A stretch of 64,000 nucleotides of DNA from a virus (lineage: Duplodnaviria > Caudoviricetes): IMG/VR virus record IMGVR_UViG_3300035670_000195, positions 704 to 64,703 of that record. One strand, written 5' to 3'. The position numbers were made by a program, and so were the translations under genes. Shown here piece by piece: positions 8,845-17,957 of this stretch. Below the pieces are notes generated by a model, which was not told the origin of the DNA, did no database searches, and saw nothing but the letters and a program-made list of their open reading frames with translations. Each line of letters starts with the position of its first letter. The first letter of the stretch is position 1.

Positions 8845-9500
8845 AGATCAAGCAACTCCAGATAGGGATGACCATCAATAACAACACCGCACGATAGGAT
8901 CGGCTTCTTCATGTAGGCAGATCCGTACTTCATTGCTGGATGGTCGCGGTCAACACCGCATCCAACACTCATGCCAAAGATTCGCGAGGTTGGTCCACAG
9001 ATCCAGTTGATACCAGCAACGCTGTGGAAGTGACCGACAACAACAGACTGAAGCCGCATCTTCGCTGCATTGAATGCGGGATACAAGCCACCAGAACCTA
9101 CGCCATGATAGTAGTGAACACCGTCGATGTCAATAGACGGAGTCCAATCCCAGCGCGTAGTGCCATAGACATCTTCGTATGTCCGAAGGTAGTGATCTGG
9201 AATACCAGCATCTGCAGCCAGTCTAGCAACACGCTCATCGTGATTGCCGATGGTTACAGTAGCCTCGGGAAAGTCCCTGATCCACTTCTTGAGTTCTGTC
9301 ATAGCCTGATAGTACTCATCCATAGCAGCAGGATTTTCGGGATGCTTCTTGTGAAAGGAGATGGACGCATGGTCCACGACATCACCGATGAACACCGTGC
9401 TGTCGGTCTTATACTTCTTCTGGATCTTCTTCACAAACTGCAAGTACTTAGGATGTACAGCAGGACAGTGAAGATCACCGATTACGAGAACTCTTGCCAT
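8841..9500 (-). CDS. calcineurin-like metallophosphoesterase
   Basis: GDLH, GDVVD, GNHD, HG, GHFH motifs. Confidence 0.92.
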   Translation of the reverse strand: MARVLVIGDLHCPAVHPKYLQFVKKIQKKYKTDSTVFIGDVVDHASISFHKKHPENPAAMDEYYQAMTELKKWIRDFPEATVTIGNHDERVARLAADAGIPDHYLRTYEDVYGTTRWDWTPSIDIDGVHYYHGVGSGGLYPAFNAAKMRLQSVVVGHFHSVAGINWICGPTSRIFGMSVGCGVDRDHPAMKYGSAYMKKPILSCGVVIDGHPYLELLDL

Positions 9501-9714
9501 ATCGTTTGGTCCAATCCTCTTTCCATTGATCGGCAAGAGACGGAAGAGGTTCACCGTCTGCCTGCTGTATGGGAGAGTACACATCAATCTCTCCACGCCT
9601 GTGTGCCTGTTGAATGGGAGACAGGTGAGATATATCGTCATACCTGTATACCTTGCCAGTCAGTTCAATCTTGGGTGTCTTCTTTTTCTTCGACGTAGAT
9701 GTCGACTTTGACAT
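9475..9714 (-). CDS. hypothetical basic protein
   Basis: 79 aa ORF filling the gap. Confidence 0.55.
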   Translation of the reverse strand: MSKSTSTSKKKKTPKIELTGKVYRYDDISHLSPIQQAHRRGEIDVYSPIQQADGEPLPSLADQWKEDWTKRYGKSSRNR

Positions 9715-9916
9715 GGTCTACCTTCTTTGCCTTTCGCTGCTGTAGATAATCCTTGAGATGAGAGAGGAACATGAGATTCATAAAGTTAGTTGTGCAGAAG
9801 TACACCAGATTCACTGGCGTCTTCTTCTTGTTTGACATAGCCTTATAGATCTGCTTGACTGCCTCCTCTACAGTACCTTCGTTACAGATGATAAAGATAG
9901 GGGTATCTTCTTTCAA
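9665..9916 (-). CDS. hypothetical protein
   Basis: 83 aa ORF coupled to the RNAP stop. Confidence 0.6.
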   Translation of the reverse strand: MKEDTPIFIICNEGTVEEAVKQIYKAMSNKKKTPVNLVYFCTTNFMNLMFLSHLKDYLQQRKAKKVDHVKVDIYVEEKEDTQD

Positions 9917-12345
9917 TGGAAGAAGTACTCGCTTTCCATTACCTGATTGATATCCAACTCACCAACTGGAGGAACTGGTGGAAGTTCGATGCCAAGATAT
10001 TCCTCGAGTTCTTCCTTCATTGCCTGCAACGGATTGCTTGCGTGTAAGGAAACGAACTCTCGTTTAGTTAATCGTCTCAGGTCATCCACTTCCGTAGCAT
10101 ATACTCCATAGGAATCGTGAATAAAAGAGAACGAAGACATGTTGCACTCCCGTGCGCCAGCATTGATCGTTCGATACATGTGGCTGGCATCAAGAGAGTG
10201 GATAGTATTTGGCGAGATGCCATTCATTGCCCGTAACTTATCTACTTCGTTTCGCTTGTACATGGCAAACACATACTTGCGTCTAGTAGAAGTTAGCGAA
10301 TCAATGTTTAATTCAATACGCTCGAATGGAGTGTACTCATGTGCGACAGTAAATCCACACGGGGTTGTCCACTTGAGATGCTTGTTACTTGAACAAGCAA
10401 GTTCACACACTGACTTCAGCCATTGCTTACCTTGATTTGGTATGGTAAGCAGAATGTTCATTGCCTGCTGAACATACTTGGCAAGTGCATTGGCTGCCTT
10501 TACCTTGTCTGCGGCAGGAACCCAGTCAAGATGTCCATCATCCAACAAACCGTCGATGATACCACGAAGGGTAACACCATATGGATCAGTCATGACGGCT
10601 CGCTTCACGACTGATCTACTTACCTTACCATCCCAAAAGGATAGGAAGACATCAGCCCAAGGATCGTTATAGACATTCTTCTCTAGTTCTACTGTAACCA
10701 TATTGGCTACATAGGCATAGGCATCCTGCGGTTCATCAGATGGAACAAGGTTCACAAGTTTACCAATGATAGGATCTCTAGAGATTGCAGCCCAGTGCTG
10801 AATACCGTTGCAAGATCCATCCATGTTCACTGGTAGTTGAGTCATACCATCGGTACGAAACAGCTCGAAGACAGCGGCAAGTCGTTGGAAGGATTGATTC
10901 TTCTTCTTCTTATCATCTGCCCACAGATGAAGAGTAGAGTATGGATCGTCATTGATTGAGCGAAGCATACCCATGTTATCATCTACCCACTTGACACGAT
11001 CAGAGAATGACTTCTTATCCTGATCGAACAAGTTGGCAACAGTTACCTTTAGCCAGTACAACCCACGCTCAGTCTGCTTGACTGGTTTGGCAAACAGGAT
11101 GAGACTGCGATCATGGTCGCCAGATTGTGGAGACAGTAGATCGGTTGTCGTATAGGCTCGAGATCTAAAGTCAACCGTATAGGCATGATAGAAGAAGCCA
11201 TACGATTGTAAGTCCCGTGCCAATGACAGACGCAACAGCATCCTGAATCTGTCGTTGGATCTTTTGTGCCACTCGTCCCAAAGCAATCTCTTTTCAGTTA
11301 GTGTTTCTTCAAGTACGCTTTCATCTGAAACTCTCGTTGACAGTAGATCATCCTTCTCATACGGTGGAAGGTTTGCCACCCGTGAGTTGGACTTGAAGAG
11401 TGTATCAATAACCTCAAGCACTCTACCGTTTACAGTCCACTCGGTAGACATGAGACGATTCAAACCATCGACAACTTCCTGAGATGGCTTTGAAAGTCTG
11501 AAGCGACTGGAGAACTCCTCACCTACCCAGAACATCATGTCACCAAGAACAAGAGACTTGCGAAGATATTCAGTATGCACACCACCAGTAACATCAACGG
11601 TGTGTGAGATAGGCGGAACAATCATAGGTCGATACAGAATCTTAGCCCATACTAGAAAGTCTGCGTGTGCCTTCTCTAATCCGCTAAGTACATCATCACT
11701 AAAGGTGATGTAGGTTCGTGTATCATTTCCAGCATACCTTACGGTACTGACTGTGATAAGACCCGATGCAGCAAGAATCTCTATCATATGAGCAGCAAAC
11801 TTGAGTGCATCACGCTGCTTGATCTTGCCACCCTTGTTACGATGATGCTTTATGAACTGGTCGATACGCTTCTTAGTCCAGTTATGTTTGACTGCACGGT
11901 CAGCAATAACCCAAGCACCTTTGTTATCCTTACGGATTGCTTTTAGTTCTGCGTGTTTCACCACATCAGAAGCAATCCGCCTAATGATATCTTGATACTC
12001 AACAAGACCATCAACATCGTTGAATAGGATAACTCGCACAAGACTGCCGACGATAACAACAGACAGCACATCGGGACCAAGATCATTGATGGGTTGCATC
12101 CAAGACATGGTTCTCTGTACCTTTGACAGATAGTCCATGATGGAGTCAGACAGAATGTCAGTTGTCTTGTAGATAAAGTTGGTTGCTGGAGTGTTGGCTT
12201 CTAGACACGCATCAAGTTTGTTCTCATATGAACACAGACTTCTAGTGAACATAGCCTCTTCTTCTACTGCGTTGAGCAGAAGTCGTTTAGACTTCTCATC
12301 AGAAGGTAGCGATTGCCATAGCGATCCACTACAAAGTGTTTGCAT
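9913..12345 (-). CDS. T7-like single-subunit DNA-directed RNA polymerase
   Basis: PMIVPP, DFRSRAY, motif A DGSCNGIQH, motif B RSVVKRAVMTDPYG, PNTIHSLDASH, motif C IHDS, C-terminal SEYFFH; SD GAAAGGAG. Confidence 0.97.
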   Translation of the reverse strand: MQTLCSGSLWQSLPSDEKSKRLLLNAVEEEAMFTRSLCSYENKLDACLEANTPATNFIYKTTDILSDSIMDYLSKVQRTMSWMQPINDLGPDVLSVVIVGSLVRVILFNDVDGLVEYQDIIRRIASDVVKHAELKAIRKDNKGAWVIADRAVKHNWTKKRIDQFIKHHRNKGGKIKQRDALKFAAHMIEILAASGLITVSTVRYAGNDTRTYITFSDDVLSGLEKAHADFLVWAKILYRPMIVPPISHTVDVTGGVHTEYLRKSLVLGDMMFWVGEEFSSRFRLSKPSQEVVDGLNRLMSTEWTVNGRVLEVIDTLFKSNSRVANLPPYEKDDLLSTRVSDESVLEETLTEKRLLWDEWHKRSNDRFRMLLRLSLARDLQSYGFFYHAYTVDFRSRAYTTTDLLSPQSGDHDRSLILFAKPVKQTERGLYWLKVTVANLFDQDKKSFSDRVKWVDDNMGMLRSINDDPYSTLHLWADDKKKKNQSFQRLAAVFELFRTDGMTQLPVNMDGSCNGIQHWAAISRDPIIGKLVNLVPSDEPQDAYAYVANMVTVELEKNVYNDPWADVFLSFWDGKVSRSVVKRAVMTDPYGVTLRGIIDGLLDDGHLDWVPAADKVKAANALAKYVQQAMNILLTIPNQGKQWLKSVCELACSSNKHLKWTTPCGFTVAHEYTPFERIELNIDSLTSTRRKYVFAMYKRNEVDKLRAMNGISPNTIHSLDASHMYRTINAGARECNMSSFSFIHDSYGVYATEVDDLRRLTKREFVSLHASNPLQAMKEELEEYLGIELPPVPPVGELDINQVMESEYFFH

Positions 12346-12428
12346 AATACTCCTTTCTGTTAGGGTTGTTGGGTTATTGTACCTAACAACACGAACCAAG
12401 GCAAGACACCAACGCAGTGTCTCTGTTG

Positions 12429-12449
12429 ATACGTCTCGCGTTCGTTGCT
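12429..12449 (-). promoter_or_regulatory. putative phage RNAP promoter (copy 1)
   Basis: AGCAACGAACGCGAGACGTAT, identical 21-mer at 62971-62991; 14-bp core also at 22410. Confidence 0.7.
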
Positions 12450-12469
12450 AACAAGTTATCCACAGCGCA

Positions 12470-12616
12470 TCAACGATCCTCCTCCTCATCATACCAGTCC
12501 TCATCATCGTCAGCATCATCGCCAACATACTCCCACCCATTGTTGTAGCCAGCCTCACACCGCTCCTCCCACAGAGCATCGACATCGGGGAAGTACTCGT
12601 CATCATCAATGAACAT
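12470..12616 (-). CDS. small highly acidic protein
   Basis: 48 aa with 22 D/E; SD AAGGAGG upstream. Confidence 0.6.
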   Translation of the reverse strand: MFIDDDEYFPDVDALWEERCEAGYNNGWEYVGDDADDDEDWYDEEEDR

Positions 12617-12827
12617 CGGAAACCTCCTTGTAAGTACCATTGGCATAGAGCATATAAAGTTTGTTATTGACAATGTTGGTAGCAAGGATTACATCAACAT
12701 CGAAACTGTCAATCACACCGTCATTCATTGCATCCTCAAGATACATACAAAGTTGTTCAAGATTGTTGTGGTCAATGAGTTCGACTCGAATGTTCACTAC
12801 CTTGTTTAAATCCATATCAATCGGCAT
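12606..12827 (-). CDS. early hypothetical protein
   Basis: SD AAGGAG, tiled ORF. Confidence 0.65.
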   Translation of the reverse strand: MPIDMDLNKVVNIRVELIDHNNLEQLCMYLEDAMNDGVIDSFDVDVILATNIVNNKLYMLYANGTYKEVSDVH

Positions 12828-12828
12828 A

Positions 12829-13074
12829 TCACCACTCCTTATTCATAGAGTCAACAACACGGTCAAGAAGTTCAGACTGACAGAAGTCATCAATGTCAAG
12901 ATGAACATTAGACTTTGCAGACTTGATATCCATAGCCTCGAAATCCTCCACTGACTCAGCGTCAATAAGCGGTCGACCAAGGTCTGGCATAGTATAGGTA
13001 ATCCTACCAGACACATAGTAACCCTGCTCATCCATTTCAATATAGGTGTTGGTAAAGTACTCGGTGCTTGTCAC
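12829..13074 (-). CDS. early hypothetical protein
   Basis: 81 aa acidic ORF, tiled. Confidence 0.65.
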   Translation of the reverse strand: MTSTEYFTNTYIEMDEQGYYVSGRITYTMPDLGRPLIDAESVEDFEAMDIKSAKSNVHLDIDDFCQSELLDRVVDSMNKEW

Positions 13075-13295
13075 TTATTGATATCCTTATGATAGGTGCT
13101 GGTAATCTTATACGGACCATTGAGTGAAACACCAGACCACACAACTTCAACACGACCATCAATGATAGCCTCGAGAAGTTCCATAAGATCATACAGTGCG
13201 TCCTTGATATCCTGATCCGTTTCCTTCAGGGTAACAAGAGAGACATACTCTGCCTGCTTCTCGAGCAGTGCAAGATTCACGATAGGAACACTCAC
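13071..13295 (-). CDS. early hypothetical protein
   Basis: SD AAGGAGG, tiled. Confidence 0.65.
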   Translation of the reverse strand: MSVPIVNLALLEKQAEYVSLVTLKETDQDIKDALYDLMELLEAIIDGRVEVVWSGVSLNGPYKITSTYHKDINK

Positions 13296-13627
13296 TGGAT
13301 AGCCTCCTTGATAGCGGTGATGATAGTCTTGCGGCCATCCTCGGTAGAGAAGAACTTGGTCAGTGCCCCCTCAATAATGTTGGCAGTCAGAACATCATCG
13401 ACAGCGTCGTGGATAACATCCCTATTGTCATCAATGTAATCCTTAGTTGCACGGCTGACAATCCAGTCACTGATATGCTCACTAGGATCAAAGTCATACG
13501 AGAAGTAGTTCGTTACTGCATCCGAAATCTCATCGGAAACCATACTGCGATCAATCTCAGGCTTCTCGTTGCTGATGAGATTCTTGATGTACTTCTCAAA
13601 CTCACTCACGATAGTTTCAGTATTCAT
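13292..13627 (-). CDS. early hypothetical protein
   Basis: 111 aa acidic ORF, SD AAGGAG. Confidence 0.7.
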   Translation of the reverse strand: MNTETIVSEFEKYIKNLISNEKPEIDRSMVSDEISDAVTNYFSYDFDPSEHISDWIVSRATKDYIDDNRDVIHDAVDDVLTANIIEGALTKFFSTEDGRKTIITAIKEAIQ

Positions 13628-13805
13628 TCTTCTGCATCTCCTTCCAAGTAAGATAGGTCACGAAACCAGCACCGACAGAACAGCACAACCAGAACAGAGA
13701 CTCACCTTCAAACGCATTCAGAACAGACACGGCAGTTGTCATACTCATGGCAAGAAGCATGAGCATATCGAAAGCAAACACCTTGAACTTAGCATCCATT
13801 GTCAA
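13617..13805 (-). CDS. small membrane protein
   Basis: Two hydrophobic segments. Confidence 0.6.
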   Translation of the reverse strand: MTMDAKFKVFAFDMLMLLAMSMTTAVSVLNAFEGESLFWLCCSVGAGFVTYLTWKEMQKNEY

Positions 13806-14334
13806 TACCGCCTTCCTTCAGATAGCCTGCGAACTCCATACCTGGCTCGTCAAAGAACCAAGTAATGTGGACATCGGGATACATCTCATACAACTTGTGA
13901 TAGATACCCTCGGGCGGACCCCAAGCAGTGTCGAAGGACAGTTCAACACGACCATCCTCGCCATCAATATCGACATACACATCATCAATCTTGCCGACAT
14001 CCCACTTGACACCCCAGTTATCACAGCACCAAGAGTACCAGTTGTCAGCACCATACTTATCCTTGAGATTGTCGAGATGCTTTTCCATCTCTTTAGTCAG
14101 GGCATTGTCGAGATGCCACTGAGTAGTCTCTGCATCCCACTCATACTGCTTAGAATCTGCAAGAACCTGTTCGGTAGTTCGGGGACGGGGACTGATAGTT
14201 CCAACCAGTTCCTGCGGCATAGGCATGATACTCTGAAAGAAAGGAGTATCGGTATTGATGTGGTTGTCCACGAACTTCTTGATAGTCTCGGCATCACCAC
14301 TAATCGTAACCTTATTGTAGCACCAGTTCGGCAT
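13789..14334 (-). CDS. DUF1281/YubB ferredoxin-like family protein
   Basis: MPNWCYN start, WYSWCCDNWGVKWD, FDTAWGPP, FDEPG motifs. Confidence 0.85.
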   Translation of the reverse strand: MPNWCYNKVTISGDAETIKKFVDNHINTDTPFFQSIMPMPQELVGTISPRPRTTEQVLADSKQYEWDAETTQWHLDNALTKEMEKHLDNLKDKYGADNWYSWCCDNWGVKWDVGKIDDVYVDIDGEDGRVELSFDTAWGPPEGIYHKLYEMYPDVHITWFFDEPGMEFAGYLKEGGIDNGC

Positions 14335-14336
14335 TG

Positions 14337-14534
14337 TCAAATCTCCTCTACTTCAATGACTTCGGAATCAACAGTCTCGAGTTTCTCCTCGTAGACACGC
14401 TCCCACATCATGTCATACTTGCGCCTATCGAACTCTGCAATAGCATCGTCCTCAGAGTTCACATCCTCCACAACGATTTCGTACACACGGTTCACAGTCT
14501 CAAGTTGTTCGACAGTAATCACATAGTTAGGCAT
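14337..14534 (-). CDS. small acidic early protein
   Basis: MPNYVITV...VEDVNSEDDA. Confidence 0.6.
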   Translation of the reverse strand: MPNYVITVEQLETVNRVYEIVVEDVNSEDDAIAEFDRRKYDMMWERVYEEKLETVDSEVIEVEEI

Positions 14535-14733
14535 TGCGTTCCCTCGTAGTTGTCTCATCAAACCTAAAGTCGGTAGTCTCACTGTCCCACACATAATGAT
14601 GATCGAAGTCGAAACGCCACGGATCTTTATTCCACTCCTCGATAGCCTCGTCAATAGAGTTGGCTTCGACATAGAAGCACATCGTACCCCACGAAGTTTC
14701 AGTATAGTCGCAGTAGATATCAAACTTAGGCAT
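14527..14733 (-). CDS. small acidic early protein
   Basis: MPKFDI...VEANSIDEA; SD AAAGGA. Confidence 0.65.
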   Translation of the reverse strand: MPKFDIYCDYTETSWGTMCFYVEANSIDEAIEEWNKDPWRFDFDHHYVWDSETTDFRFDETTTRERNA

Positions 14734-14872
14734 TGACAGATTCCTTTCTCATAAGATGGACAAGATACTGGCGAGCATCATCCTCGTCACGAAACCCATC
14801 GACAATCTGATTGTTGTGTACAACCAACCACCAACCACTGTCGTGATAGACACACCACATACCATTAGACAT
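14726..14872 (-). CDS. early hypothetical protein
   Basis: SD AAGGAG, MSNGMW start. Confidence 0.55.
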   Translation of the reverse strand: MSNGMWCVYHDSGWWLVVHNNQIVDGFRDEDDARQYLVHLMRKESVNA

Positions 14873-15332
14873 CAGTCTTCTCCTTGATACGATTAGCGAT
14901 ACCCTTGAAGGAACATCCACCATCATTCAGAATGGAGATGTCGATAAAGCGCATACCAATACCATCCAACTCATCGACAAACTTATCCCACTCGGCACTG
15001 GTAGTACAGAACTCATTCGGCATAAGAGTAGACGAACCATTCTCCATATCACTGAAGACAAACTCATACACCTTGTCACCAGGCTTCAGATAGATTGGCA
15101 GATCAGTATCCTCAAAGACATGGCGATACATGGGTCGACCCTCTGGATCTTCATGCTCACACATATCCTTGGTAACATGCAGTACACAGTTCATGGGAAC
15201 ATGATTGATGTAACACGCCAGACCAAGAGCGCAGAAGCACAGTTCCCCATCCACCTCGGCACACAGTCCACCACTAATCTGATTGAAACGCGGGTCATTC
15301 AGTGCATTGATATACTGGTCAATCTTAGACAT
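14865..15332 (-). CDS. early hypothetical protein
   Basis: FCALGLAC and LNDGGCSFKGIA motifs; SD GAGG. Confidence 0.7.
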   Translation of the reverse strand: MSKIDQYINALNDPRFNQISGGLCAEVDGELCFCALGLACYINHVPMNCVLHVTKDMCEHEDPEGRPMYRHVFEDTDLPIYLKPGDKVYEFVFSDMENGSSTLMPNEFCTTSAEWDKFVDELDGIGMRFIDISILNDGGCSFKGIANRIKEKTDV

Positions 15333-15666
15333 AGATAGCCTCACATTCGGTTGCGATAACGAAGATACACTTCTGCCACAGACTCTTGCGAAGTTGACTG
15401 CAGACATTCATCACGGCATCATGCTTGTCAGTCACCACCACATAGATGCGTGACTTCTCATAGACGATTCTTGGATTCGTAGAGTAACTGTAGGAACCAG
15501 CATCCTGATTCAGCCACGCACCATGAACATCGTTAAGACAGGTGAAGCACAGTCCAGCATCAATGAACGCTTCATCAACCTCTACAAAGATGGTTGGAAA
15601 GTCATGAACAGGAAACCCATTCTCGTCTGCATGATAGCACGGCACAACGATCTCATACTTCTTCAT
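15325..15666 (-). CDS. early hypothetical protein
   Basis: 113 aa, SD GGGAGG. Confidence 0.7.
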   Translation of the reverse strand: MKKYEIVVPCYHADENGFPVHDFPTIFVEVDEAFIDAGLCFTCLNDVHGAWLNQDAGSYSYSTNPRIVYEKSRIYVVVTDKHDAVMNVCSQLRKSLWQKCIFVIATECEAIYV

Positions 15667-15668
15667 GT

Positions 15669-15914
15669 TCAGCCTCCCTTCATCAGGTGGTACAGAGTCT
15701 CGGTATAGTCACGGATAACGACATTCATATTGTTGTGCAGGAAAGACTTGATGCGCTCATAGTCCTCCGCAGTAATGGCGAACTGACAACTCCGCTTCTC
15801 CTCATTACTCCACAGCCAGAGAGTATAGATAGGCTCGTCAACACCAGAGTGACAAGACACCGTGATAGCACCAAAGGTACTGTTGAAACTGTAGGACTTG
15901 TACTCACTGAGCAT
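15669..15914 (-). CDS. early hypothetical protein
   Basis: SD GGAG, tiled. Confidence 0.6.
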   Translation of the reverse strand: MLSEYKSYSFNSTFGAITVSCHSGVDEPIYTLWLWSNEEKRSCQFAITAEDYERIKSFLHNNMNVVIRDYTETLYHLMKGG

Positions 15915-16068
15915 TGTTCTCTCCATAGAGTCGGTTGCGAAGCATATCAATCTCCTCGTTCAGTTCGCGAATAGTTGCGGCAGCCTGACGCAGAATGCGA
16001 ACATTGTACTGCGTAGGATAGTCATTCTCAAGACGAAGCAACAGCAGATCAATCTCATACTCACTCAT
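15904..16068 (-). CDS. early hypothetical coiled-coil protein
   Basis: TAATG coupling; LRQAAATIRELNEEI. Confidence 0.6.
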   Translation of the reverse strand: MSEYEIDLLLLRLENDYPTQYNVRILRQAAATIRELNEEIDMLRNRLYGENNAQ

Positions 16069-16310
16069 TACGGACACCTCACAAGAAAGTTCAGATGGGT
16101 ATTCCCGATGGGCAGACCACCCATAGTAAGGGCAATAGTCCACGATCCATCACGCACATTATCCTTGGTCACGACAATCAGAAACCGCTTGGTCATTTCC
16201 TTCGCCACACACCTTGCTTCGGTCACAGCCTCAGCCTTAGTGTCGTGGCTATAGTGGTAGCCAATGCTGTCACCACCCTCAACGAAAGAGTACACGCTAT
16301 AGTTCGCCAT
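16068..16310 (-). CDS. early hypothetical protein
   Basis: Follows repeat A with SD AAGGTAGGTG. Confidence 0.65.
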   Translation of the reverse strand: MANYSVYSFVEGGDSIGYHYSHDTKAEAVTEARCVAKEMTKRFLIVVTKDNVRDGSWTIALTMGGLPIGNTHLNFLVRCP

Positions 16311-16315
16311 GTTAG

Positions 16316-16356
16316 CACCTACCTTTCATCCTCCCTCCCGTCGAGGGGGAGGGTAT
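16316..16356 (-). repeat. early intergenic repeat A copy 1 (hairpin plus SD)
   Basis: 41 bp identical to 18302-18342; partial copy at 21233-21264. Confidence 0.9.
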
Positions 16357-16381
16357 GCGGGGAATCCGATAGTTTTTTCTA

Positions 16382-16696
16382 TCAGATAGGATAGTCTCCG
16401 AACATTTCGATCACAAACTCTTCGTAAGTAGAGAGACACGCATCCTCACCACTCTCGATTTCATAGGCTACAACAATACCATCACCGAACACAGGGTATC
16501 CGACAATGCCCGTCATAGCCATGTTCATAAGTCGACCTCGATTGATTCCCTCATCATCCACCCACAGTGCGAAGATAATGTTGCCTTCACGATGAACTTC
16601 AATAGTTGTTCCATATTCCGCACCAATCAGTGCGTTGAAATCCTGCCAACCATTTGCCTCAACAAACTTCTGACGCTGAAGATCAAACACCTTCAT
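16382..16696 (-). CDS. DUF3846-like early protein
   Basis: LWVDDEG...N..MT...VFGDGIV pattern. Confidence 0.65.
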   Translation of the reverse strand: MKVFDLQRQKFVEANGWQDFNALIGAEYGTTIEVHREGNIIFALWVDDEGINRGRLMNMAMTGIVGYPVFGDGIVVAYEIESGEDACLSTYEEFVIEMFGDYPI

Positions 16697-17090
16697 AGTT
16701 CGCCTTCACTTTCTCGGCATAGCCGACAGTCGCAGACTTCTTGTAACCCTTGGGGCCACCATTGTGGATACGCGACACCGTGTCGATATTCCACATACCT
16801 CGCGGAACATAGCGGCTCAGGTACGACCGAACAATACGACGGGCATACTTCGGATTCTTACAGTCCGAATACTTGCCGCCGATACTGGGGTCATAGTCGA
16901 CCGCATCCTTCCAGTAGGCATAGTGAATCTGATAGGCTCCGATAGCCTTGCCGTTATCTCCCACGGCATTGTTGGGATCTTTACATCCTCCAGTTTCAAC
17001 GATGCGGATAGCGTCAAGCATACCATCCACATCAGTACCGACAGGAGGGGGAACACACAGCGTGAAACAAAGAAGGGCAGTACAGATCAT
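16683..17090 (-). CDS. secreted lysozyme-like (i-type/transglycosylase) protein
   Basis: Hydrophobic N-terminus, AIRIVETGG, GAYQIHYAYWKD, RIHNGGPKG. Confidence 0.85.
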   Translation of the reverse strand: MICTALLCFTLCVPPPVGTDVDGMLDAIRIVETGGCKDPNNAVGDNGKAIGAYQIHYAYWKDAVDYDPSIGGKYSDCKNPKYARRIVRSYLSRYVPRGMWNIDTVSRIHNGGPKGYKKSATVGYAEKVKANYEGV

Positions 17091-17100
17091 TTAGTTCTCC

Positions 17101-17484
17101 TTACTCATAGTGTCGAGGGCCATAGATAGCCTCGGGATACTCACGCTGAACATTCACCTTGTACTCAGACGATCCATCCACCTCGGGAAGATCCTCGCCA
17201 GACAGTCCACGCTCTTCAGCAGCGAGGATAGTCTCGAGGCAATAGTCATTGAACTCATCCTGTGCCTGCCTAGTCATCTCCTTAGCCTTGGCATACACTT
17301 GCTTTGCCATAGCATCGGCTCGAGACTTGGTGCTATACTCCGCGATAGCCACGGGCACAACATCTCGACCCCACCATCCGCCCTCTTCAGGCCCGCCATA
17401 GTATGTGCGATACTCCCACAGCACGACATACCAAGTCTCACACTTCTCGGCAGACGGACACACATTGAAGAAAGCATCGTACAT
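17101..17484 (-). CDS. early hypothetical protein
   Basis: YGGPEEGGWW motif. Confidence 0.7.
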   Translation of the reverse strand: MYDAFFNVCPSAEKCETWYVVLWEYRTYYGGPEEGGWWGRDVVPVAIAEYSTKSRADAMAKQVYAKAKEMTRQAQDEFNDYCLETILAAEERGLSGEDLPEVDGSSEYKVNVQREYPEAIYGPRHYE

Positions 17485-17488
17485 GTTG

Positions 17489-17785
17489 TCAGCCACAGTT
17501 GATATCCTCCATAGTTGGGACAATACAAGCCTCGTACACTTCAGTCCAGTCGATCTCGTCACATGAGATGAACACCCTGTCGGGAGTTCTTGCGTGGATA
17601 GTTGGGTCGACATTGAAGATGCCATGCACAATCTCGTACACAGTTTGCAAGTCACCCTCAATCAGTTCATCATAGTGCCTCCACACCTGACGACGAAGTC
17701 GCATATAGTTGTCCTCATCGTTAGACAACCACAGCACAACATTCCATGTCTCATAGTTGGCGTAGCCATTGTATCCGTCAGACAT
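17489..17785 (-). CDS. early conserved phage protein
   Basis: YNGYANYETWNVVLWLSNDE, a motif recurrent in phage early genes; SD GGAGG. Confidence 0.75.
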   Translation of the reverse strand: MSDGYNGYANYETWNVVLWLSNDEDNYMRLRRQVWRHYDELIEGDLQTVYEIVHGIFNVDPTIHARTPDRVFISCDEIDWTEVYEACIVPTMEDINCG

Positions 17786-17957
17786 TGTTCAGCACCTCCC
17801 GCAGAAAGTCAACCTCGGACTCCTCGAACCAATAGTGGTCACTACCCTCGACAACTTGCTCGGCAAAGAGCAGAAACCCTGAGGGGATTTCCTTGCCAGT
17901 CAGACACATCACAAAGATGTGCCCGATAGTGTCAGACATGTGGCACGACTCAATCAT
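17778..17957 (-). CDS. early hypothetical protein
   Basis: Tiled, SD AAGGAAGG. Confidence 0.55.
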   Translation of the reverse strand: MIESCHMSDTIGHIFVMCLTGKEIPSGFLLFAEQVVEGSDHYWFEESEVDFLREVLNNV

